Shown here one piece after another: positions 1-8,300 of a stretch of DNA of 31,587 nt (within the stretch, counting starts at the first letter, position 1; every line of letters starts with the position of its first letter). The notes beneath the pieces were generated by a model. That model ran no database searches and was not told the DNA's origin. It saw only the letters and a list, made by a program, of their open reading frames with translations. The stretch comes from a virus (taxonomy: Duplodnaviria > Caudoviricetes). The position numbers and the translations under genes were made by a program. The DNA lies in the IMG/VR virus record IMGVR_UViG_3300047669_002593, positions 1 through 31,587 of that record; one strand, 5' to 3'.

Positions 1-1
1 T

Positions 2-3000
2 ATGGGAGATATACTCACGGCCGTTTCGATGTCAGAGAAAGGGTGGGACAAAACTCAACAAGATTCTGCCACAAAGCTAATTAAGGCATACGTCTCAAAT
101 CTGAATGATGACTGGGAGGAGACCATATCCCTGCCTGCAGACGATAAGGGGGTTAGCCAAACTGACACAGTGGACAAAGAAAAACTATTAAAACAAATAA
201 ATAAAAATGAGGAAGCGGGGATAACTATCGAACCTTTGGCGAGGCAACTTGCGGAAAAACATATCGCGTCAGTCAAAGGGTCAGACAAAGAATCTGAGGC
301 AGCGATAAAGCAGCTAAATTTAAAGAAGATCCAGATAATGCTGCAGAAAAGGCGAAATGACTCAATAAGGGGCATTACCGAAAGTCATAAGTCATTCTCC
401 CACGAACAAACACTACGGAACGCCCAATTCGGGCGATCCATGACTGAGTTGGATAAAAGTTCAGTTAATTATAGGGTTGGCATGGACAAGGCGGCTAAAG
501 ATTTTGCAGCATCTAATGTAGATGTTAGGGGTAAGACTAAAGAGCAAATAGTTGCCAAAATAACCACGAACAAAGCTCTAACGCAGGATTTTAAGTACGG
601 AGCAGATGTATTTAAGAACACCCAACATTTGAAAGGAATAGGCGCCGAGATAGGGAAAAAAAGGGTCAAAGGACTAGATGAAGAAGTGGAGGTCTCATTG
701 GCTAAAGAAATAGCCAAACTTGATGATGCGGGTATTACGGAACTGCTGAAGGTATTTGACGACATGGAAAGTAGAGGTCATAGGATTAATGAAGAGTTCG
801 CCGCGATATTGCAAAGCTTAGAAGATCAATTAGACACAAACGTAAAGAAGAAGGGCCAACAGGAAAAGGAGCTTGGAAGAACAAAGGTTCTAAAGGATCT
901 CGAAGGAGACAGGAAGGACATCCTTAATTCGATTGCCAATACTAGCAGGATTTCTGCTCTGAGGAGCGAAATTAATGCCTCCAAGGAGAGATTAAGTCTT
1001 GAGATGAAAATCATGGAGATTAAGCTTAAGGGAGTAGGAGGTCTAACTACTCATGGGCAACTCTCCATAGGCGAACAAGTTATGGGGGCGAATTCCTCAG
1101 CGCAACAAAAGATTGCCCAAAAACAAATAGCGGATAAAATGATCTCCCTCTTAAGGGATCCCTCTAGCGGGTTCAAGCCTGAGGACTTAGAAGAAATAAA
1201 TCCTCAGCTTAGGATGATGAAAGAGCGTACGGACACTACACCTCAACAAGTAAGGGACCTAATTAGCCCTGAGAAAATGCCTTGGGTCGGCCAGCCGAAG
1301 GTCGACATCCTGGAAAAGCAAAAGGCTTTAGCAGAAAAAGATCTCCTAGCCGTACTCGCTGACCCTGATATGGGCAGAACAGGCAACACGGCGCTTGTCG
1401 AGGTTGCAAGGCTTGCACAAGAGATCTCGATTATGGAGAAGGAAATTGCAGAAGAAAAGGCGGAGATACTGATCACCGATAAGGATATAGCTGCTTCTTA
1501 CCTGAAGAATAATACCACCCTTCAGGGCACAAACGATATGCTTGACCTTCATGTAAAGAAATCGGGGATAATCGCTGATGAGTCAGAAAGAAAATTGGCT
1601 GCAGAAAGAAAAGCTCTCTGGCATTTACACGAACAAAAAACAGGACAATTGAAAGGCCAAAAGAGAAGCGCTGAGGAAGGCGGGGGAACATATGGAGGGT
1701 CCATGAAGGAAGGTTATCGGGCTGCCCGAAGGGGCATGCAGGAAGAGATAACCTATTTTGAATTTAATTTAGCAGAAAACGTCACCACAAGTTTTCGAGA
1801 TGGTATGGTTGAGGCTATGCAAGCGGCAATCAACGGAGCCGATGACCTAGGTGATGTGCTGGGCAATATTGCTATAAATTTCTTACAAATGATTCAGAAA
1901 GCCTTCTTGCAAAACGCAGCTAACATGATAGTATCTGGAGTTACTGGCGGCGGCGACAGCGGTGGTGGTGGCAAATACCTAGGGGGACCGATTCGTAACT
2001 ACGCCAAAGGGGGAGCGGTAAACTCAATGGTTACTAATGGAGAATATGTTATGAGCCCAGAGGCTGTGCAAAAATATGGAGGCTCTTTTATGCACTCCTT
2101 AAATGCTAGGGGCAAGATCCCTGGGTATAAAGAAGGGGGGCTAGCTCCCCTCAAAAGCGGTCGCACGCTGACAAACACAGGAAACACAAATAGGCTCGAT
2201 GTCGAAGAGCCGCCTCCATCCATTTTTCAAGGAATAATAGAAAAGCTTGAAAGCAACAGGCTGTCCTCAGCAAAACAAATTCAGCCTGGCTCCATGTTGT
2301 CTGCAAGAGGGAGCCCTGCAGGGGGAGGGAAGTTAGAATATCTAGGAGACAACTCTAACAATATGTATCAAAAAAGGCACATGTCCTCGTATTTTTATAG
2401 TGGAATGGCTGGAAATCAGCTCTTGAACGAGGACTCGTCTTCATCAAAACGAAATATCGAGGAAGCGTCCAGGAAGGCGGTTGAAAAAACCCTAAAAAGA
2501 AAACAAAGACAACAACAGATGTGGGGGACCTTAATTAGCACCACCGCATCTATGGGGGTAAACCTAGCGATGAACAAAATTGGAGGTGCAATAGGAAAAG
2601 GGGGAGTGCTAACCAAAGCAGCCAAAACTATGGGTTATTCTGCAAGCAATCCTCCGCCAGAGGGCCAACATGTTCTTGTTGATACCCAAGGCAATGCTGT
2701 AGCTAGCGTTCCAGAGGGACACTCTCCGAAGCAGAGTGGATATAACGTAGTTGATCCCTATAGCTGGAACCCTATGAAGTGGGGCTCTGGCCCCGACACC
2801 CCTGCGACGGCGATGAATATGGGAGCATACGGAAGTTCTAAATCGTCTGGAGCAGATTTCTTGTCGAAAGATTGGAGAAATCAGTTCAAGGAAGAGTATG
2901 GCTATGAAAAGTTTCCGTTCTACTTTAATAAGGCTGGAGCAGCCAACCAAACGGACGTTACGACATCGAGGGGTCGGGGCGGAATTGGATCACCCACAGG

Positions 3001-3526
3001 AGTCAGAGGGGACGCGATGGGCGAACAGGGGCATCTGGATTGGTACAAGGGTGCTGCAAATAGTGGGCTAGACGTGTTAGATTCCAGTAACATATGGGAT
3101 ACTGGAGGCTTTAGATTCGCCAAAGGGGGGATTGTCAAGGGGAAAAGCGGGATAGATCAAATCCCCGCAATGTTATCTGAGGGCGAATACGTAATTAAAG
3201 CAAACTCTGCTCAGGCAGCGGGCAAGCCCCTGTTGGATAAAATTAATGCTGGGAAATTTGCCGAAGGCGGCCCAGTGGGAAAAACAGAGTCTCTTATGGA
3301 GAAAAGCGACTCCTCTATGTCTGGAGGAGTAACTAATAACGTCAATATTTCCGTTAACGTAGAAAAGGGTGGCGGAGGAAATAAAAAAGAAGATTCTATT
3401 GGAGCTAACCCGAGCGACGCAGCGCAAGACGAAAACAAACAAAAAAAATTAGGGGAAAGGATTCGAGCGTCCGTCGTGCAAACAATACGTGAAGAGCAAC
3501 GGCCTGGAGGGCTACTGTACGATTAA
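2..3526 (+). CDS. Tail tape measure protein (lambda gpH-like), probably truncated at the window's 5' edge
   Basis: Long K/E/A-rich helical region, then two copies of the TMP motif (YAKGG..MVTNGEYVM..AV; FAKGG.V...GIDQIPAMLSEGEYVI..FAEGG). It ends in VVQTIREEQRPGGLL, like gpH C-termini, and lies upstream of the M-L-K-J genes. Confidence 0.9.
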   Translation: MGDILTAVSMSEKGWDKTQQDSATKLIKAYVSNLNDDWEETISLPADDKGVSQTDTVDKEKLLKQINKNEEAGITIEPLARQLAEKHIASVKGSDKESEAAIKQLNLKKIQIMLQKRRNDSIRGITESHKSFSHEQTLRNAQFGRSMTELDKSSVNYRVGMDKAAKDFAASNVDVRGKTKEQIVAKITTNKALTQDFKYGADVFKNTQHLKGIGAEIGKKRVKGLDEEVEVSLAKEIAKLDDAGITELLKVFDDMESRGHRINEEFAAILQSLEDQLDTNVKKKGQQEKELGRTKVLKDLEGDRKDILNSIANTSRISALRSEINASKERLSLEMKIMEIKLKGVGGLTTHGQLSIGEQVMGANSSAQQKIAQKQIADKMISLLRDPSSGFKPEDLEEINPQLRMMKERTDTTPQQVRDLISPEKMPWVGQPKVDILEKQKALAEKDLLAVLADPDMGRTGNTALVEVARLAQEISIMEKEIAEEKAEILITDKDIAASYLKNNTTLQGTNDMLDLHVKKSGIIADESERKLAAERKALWHLHEQKTGQLKGQKRSAEEGGGTYGGSMKEGYRAARRGMQEEITYFEFNLAENVTTSFRDGMVEAMQAAINGADDLGDVLGNIAINFLQMIQKAFLQNAANMIVSGVTGGGDSGGGGKYLGGPIRNYAKGGAVNSMVTNGEYVMSPEAVQKYGGSFMHSLNARGKIPGYKEGGLAPLKSGRTLTNTGNTNRLDVEEPPPSIFQGIIEKLESNRLSSAKQIQPGSMLSARGSPAGGGKLEYLGDNSNNMYQKRHMSSYFYSGMAGNQLLNEDSSSSKRNIEEASRKAVEKTLKRKQRQQQMWGTLISTTASMGVNLAMNKIGGAIGKGGVLTKAAKTMGYSASNPPPEGQHVLVDTQGNAVASVPEGHSPKQSGYNVVDPYSWNPMKWGSGPDTPATAMNMGAYGSSKSSGADFLSKDWRNQFKEEYGYEKFPFYFNKAGAANQTDVTTSRGRGGIGSPTGVRGDAMGEQGHLDWYKGAANSGLDVLDSSNIWDTGGFRFAKGGIVKGKSGIDQIPAMLSEGEYVIKANSAQAAGKPLLDKINAGKFAEGGPVGKTESLMEKSDSSMSGGVTNNVNISVNVEKGGGGNKKEDSIGANPSDAAQDENKQKKLGERIRASVVQTIREEQRPGGLLYD

Positions 3527-3527
3527 A

Positions 3528-4409
3528 ATGAGCTTTTCGAATTATGAGCAAACAGTTATTATCGATTCGGTCTCTTTATCTGGAGTAACCAACGTCAAGG
3601 GTAGCTATAGCATAAAAGAAAAGCCAATTAAAATTGCGGGGGTGGGTTTTATTGATGCATTAGTCGATGGGCCTGCGGAAGGGGATTTTACAATTTCAAG
3701 ACAAATGGTTAGTAGGGACCCCATTATTAAATACGCCCAAGACGGAAGTTATTTATATGATCAAGATTATATAAGCGGAGCAATATTGTATGATAACAAC
3801 ACTAAAGGTTTTGGCTTCACCAAGGGTCGGATAACGAAATATTCCGTAAGCTGTCAAGTTGGCGAAATACCTACTATATCTACTGATATTCGCGTATTTG
3901 GAAATCTGGGGAGCGGTATTAACGTAGCTCTAGCAACAAAGGAACACCCAAAAATACAGTTTCCAGATCAAGAAAGCATTAGTATCGTTGTGGGTGATTT
4001 TTCAGCAGACTCAATCACGGATTTCAGCTATACCAGATCTTTGGATATAAACCCTGTTTATGCAATTCCCAAGGGAACTTCTGTGGACTGGGTGGCGGGG
4101 ACCTCTGCTAGTTTCGCAAATCAAGACCCCGTTCAGACTGACGTTCAGTACCCTATACAAACTGATATTACTTTTACAATGATCCCAAGCGAGTATGAGG
4201 TGAGGCAGATGAAGGATAAATTTAAAAAAGCCTCTAAAACAGATGTTGTCATAGATATACTAGACTCAAGAAGTAATGAAAGTGTTGCTAGCTTTACTGG
4301 AAAAAACGTTAGACTAATTTCGGAGTCGGTCAACTCGACAATTGAAGGGGAGATGAGTATATCCTTATCCTATAAGGGTTATGAAACACTACATAATCCA
4401 GTATCATGA
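3528..4409 (+). CDS. Putative tail structural protein (293 aa), possibly tail-tube-like fold
   Basis: ATG at 3528 follows the TMP stop (TAAAATG), which I prefer to the GTG at 3489. It is beta-rich with two loosely similar halves and sits inside the tail operon. The fold is inferred. Confidence 0.55.
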   Translation: MSFSNYEQTVIIDSVSLSGVTNVKGSYSIKEKPIKIAGVGFIDALVDGPAEGDFTISRQMVSRDPIIKYAQDGSYLYDQDYISGAILYDNNTKGFGFTKGRITKYSVSCQVGEIPTISTDIRVFGNLGSGINVALATKEHPKIQFPDQESISIVVGDFSADSITDFSYTRSLDINPVYAIPKGTSVDWVAGTSASFANQDPVQTDVQYPIQTDITFTMIPSEYEVRQMKDKFKKASKTDVVIDILDSRSNESVASFTGKNVRLISESVNSTIEGEMSISLSYKGYETLHNPVS

Positions 4410-5311
4410 AGCAACCTTTTCTAAGATTTGAGGATGGAAAGATCTCCTTGGGGGGGAAGGATCTACTTGTGAAGTCTGCTCAGTTGTCTGTGGAGCCGTC
4501 GTTAGAGCCTCAAAGGGTTTATGGGGAATATGACTCAAGTGTCGCTGGGGCGCGAACAGAATTCGTAGACTTTTCCCCACAAGGAGGGCTTCGCGGAAAG
4601 CTGGGCATTACATTTGTTATTAATGGCGACTTTTTTAGCGCTAATAGTATTGATAGATTGTTTGATATTAGTGCGGGCATGAGTGAGGCTCCGATTAATG
4701 AAAATAAGGTGGGGAGGTATTTGTTTAACTATATGTATCTCAAGTCTTTGTCTTTTAGCATAACTCCGTTTAAGGTAATTGAGGCTAAAGCGGACTACGA
4801 TATATATGGAACGATTAAACAGGGGCCCGCCCAAAGGTTCTCGAAGACCTCGATTGATCCCGCTCATGGATTAAAGTCTTTTGGGGAAGTGAAGGCTGGT
4901 GGACAAAGAATGGATTCTCATGCTGACGGACAATTTGAAGTTACGAATTTAAATTATAACATCTTAGTAGGTAGGAAGATACATCATCATATTAGAGACT
5001 CAGAAAACACAACAATAAACACTAAGGCTGATGGAGTGGTTCCCCAAAGGGTTTCGGTGGAAAATATAGAAATCAGTATGACTGTGGAAGGAAATGAAAT
5101 AGTGGAAAATCTTAATCCCATGGGAAATGTGCAAGCAGGCACGACCACGGAAAAATTAGAGCAATCCTCTATATCTGCATACCTTTATAGCCTGCGAGGT
5201 AAACAGCTCGCAAGGTTTTCTTGCACGGGTAGGATCATGTCGCAGTCCCTGGTTGTCTCTGAGGGGCAATATTCCAAAGGTAAAATAAGCATCCAACAAA
5301 TAGTAAAATAA
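4406..5311 (+). CDS. Putative tail structural protein (301 aa), possibly tail-tube/distal-tail-like
   Basis: ATGA overlap with the previous gene and TAATG overlap with the next. Beta-rich and similar in size to its neighbour. Function is inferred from position only. Confidence 0.55.
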   Translation: MKQPFLRFEDGKISLGGKDLLVKSAQLSVEPSLEPQRVYGEYDSSVAGARTEFVDFSPQGGLRGKLGITFVINGDFFSANSIDRLFDISAGMSEAPINENKVGRYLFNYMYLKSLSFSITPFKVIEAKADYDIYGTIKQGPAQRFSKTSIDPAHGLKSFGEVKAGGQRMDSHADGQFEVTNLNYNILVGRKIHHHIRDSENTTINTKADGVVPQRVSVENIEISMTVEGNEIVENLNPMGNVQAGTTTEKLEQSSISAYLYSLRGKQLARFSCTGRIMSQSLVVSEGQYSKGKISIQQIVK

Positions 5312-8300
5312 TGGCAAACCAGAGGCCCGCATATCTTACTAATATATCCAATTATTCTGGAGTATTTTCTACTGGAGTTAGTTATGAGAAGTTTGATTTT
5401 GTTTTCAATACTGGAGACTATCGCTTCTATTATGCCAAGGAGGGTCTTGCCCTGGGGGGCGCAACTACTGCATCAGGAGTAAATAGATTTTCGTTTGAGG
5501 TTAACGGGCCTGCATCAAACGGCTCTTTGGGGCATTACTTCTTTGATAACAAAAATACTCTTGCAGAATCAGGGTTTAAGGTTGGGCAAAGGGTAAATAT
5601 AGGAGGTTCGCTTAAGGATAATAATGGTTCGTATAGAATATTAGACCTGGAAAAAGATCTTGAACGCTCCATTGATGGAGGGGATATCATAACTGCCTTA
5701 GGGGCCGCTCGCCAACCCCTAATGAGCATTGCGCAAGGAAGCGAGCAATTGATAGAGCGGTCGAGTCATTCGGAGTGGGAGTCGGATTGGTTTTTTAACC
5801 CAAACTCAATCGATATAGCGAGCCTCGAATGGTGGGAAAAATCAGCAAATTTTAAACTTTACGGCGGGCTGTTTAATTGGGGAGGTCCCGATTATGGGGG
5901 CTACGTTGATCTATACGAAGACCTTGCGAAAGCTTATTCTGACTATACGTTAGGATTGCACGATGGGCAAGAACTCGTTCCCTATGGGGCTTATCCAGCA
6001 GCACCAAATACCCTGTACGACAACTCTCTTGCTAAGAGTGAGTGGGGGAACGTTCATTATTGGAAATACGGACACACGACCAGCGAGAATCGAAAACTCC
6101 CCTCCTTGAGCCAGTGGATAGTTAATGGAAGCCTCGGAATGCTATATATTTCCCCAGATGACAGCGAAGGGCGTAAAGAGGCATGGTTTTATAAAGACAC
6201 ATTGGGGTGGAACTGGACCAGTACTGGCGTTATTGAAACTGGATTTGTTTGGCTTGGAGACTCAACGGATAGCACCATAGGTCCAACTGGCTGGACTTAC
6301 TGGACATCTACTCCGCACGAAAAGCATGCCAAATCCGCGTCCTTACAAGACCTTTATGTTTATAACTATAGCTCACAAGACTGGTATCTATTTGAAAAAG
6401 AGGACGGGAATGATCCTGGAGGCGGTAAAAAGGACTCTCCAGAAACTTGGGCGAGCGACCTTTTGCCTCCTGAGCCCACATGGATAACTCATCCATTCGA
6501 TATTCCTTCAAAGAATAAGTTTACAAGGCTATGGGTTCAAGGAATTTCTCCGTCCACTAAATTCAACCATAACGAATCAGCTGGCAACAATAATGTATCT
6601 ATAACTCCCCTGAATGTAAAACCATCAGAGAATCTGGATTCTTGGTCTAAGGATTTGTTTTTCTTTGACGCGGACTACGGATCCTCTGTCAAGTTTAAAA
6701 CAAATAACCAGCGATATTCCTACGGAAATGGATATTATATAATACAGCCGAGGAATGTTAATACCATCGGGGCAGAGTTTGATCTAAAGTTTAAAAATAG
6801 AACTAATCGAGAGGCGAACGCAATTGTTCATTTTCTAGAGAATCACCAAGGGCAACATGAGTTAGATTCTTCGTCTTCAAAGTTAAAATACACAAAGGGT
6901 ATTTCTGGTTTTAGGTGGGGCGGCGATTCTACTTTTCACCCCTACGACTCTATAGAAAATCAATCTAGAAACTTCTACTGCTCTAAATTTGATCATACAT
7001 TGACTTTTGAGAATAGTAATGATCTAAGCGTTAAATTAAGAAATCTTGACGCCTCTATACTTGATAAGTCTAATGGTATGTTTGTTAAAGCGGCTCCAGA
7101 TTACATAGATGGACACCCTTACGAAAAGAATGATGTGGTATTATATACTGGGAATCACCAGTTTTATTACTGCAATCCAGAGCCAGAGCCTGTGGTTGAG
7201 GATACATGCGGCTTAACAACTAATCCATGGCCAGGAATCTATGATGTAACGTCTGATGTTGATCAAGTCCCCGCCACGATTACTATGACTTATAGTTTTA
7301 TACAATCGGGCACGAGGGTTTTTGACTCGAAAGAACCCCTATTCAGTGCGCTGTCAGGGGCTTATGCGACAACCCTGCAATACCCGTCAACAGGCGACAG
7401 TGCTGGAACTCAGGTCTCTCACGCCTCGTTTACTGGAGAAATTGGGGAAGCTCTTTCGGAATGGAAGATCGCATTCGAACATCTTTATCCTTGGTTAACT
7501 TTAAATTTTAAAAATTTAAAAGAAGAGTTGGGGCAACATGGGGCTTCTGCAACCTATGAAGGAGGAATGCCTAGCGACGGTTATGAAGGAAACTATAACC
7601 TCCCTCATGCTGATAATATTGGAGATCTTCGATTCGGAATGCATCATATAGATATAGAGGGTGGAGCAAGAGACTCCTTAGCCCACGCCTATTATCCTGG
7701 CGGAAGAATAGGGTCTATAGGTAATGTTGGCGGAGATGTTCATTTTGATTCGACAAACGCGTGGGGCACGGAACTTGATTGCGACCCTTCAGAGGTAAGC
7801 ATTAAGTATATCGCAACGCATGAGCTTGGTCATGTTTTTGGGCTTACTCACAACTCTAACCTGGCTTCTATAGTGCATGCTTCCGCAACTCTTGGGCAAA
7901 CTTATTCTGAAAAGTTTCCTAATGGAATAACTGAGTTGGATTTTAAATGTTTAGAAAAAATGTATGGACCTAGGGCAACCATCGTTAAGACAAAACCCCC
8001 AGTCGTTCAAACCCCAAAGTGGACTGAGGCATCTGGTTACTATAAAGATTCAAACGCTGATCTCTGGACGAGAGATTTTTATTGGAAACCTTCTCTCGGC
8101 TTAACCGTTGAGCAAGGGCCTAGGCTGTCAGAACTTAACTTGGGAGGGGGGTACACTCAACTCCATAAGGACGGAATAAACGAAAGTCTCTTGACTCTCA
8201 ATCTAAACTTTAACGGTAGGGACGACAACGAAACTAAAGCAATGCTGCATTTTCTTGAAAATCATTATGGAGCTATCCCGTTTAATTTTTCTCCGCCAGC

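Noticed and set aside
3489-3527. GTG start for the 306-aa ORF
   Set aside because: It overlaps the conserved TMP C-terminus. The ATG at 3528 right after the stop fits the coupling seen elsewhere in the operon.
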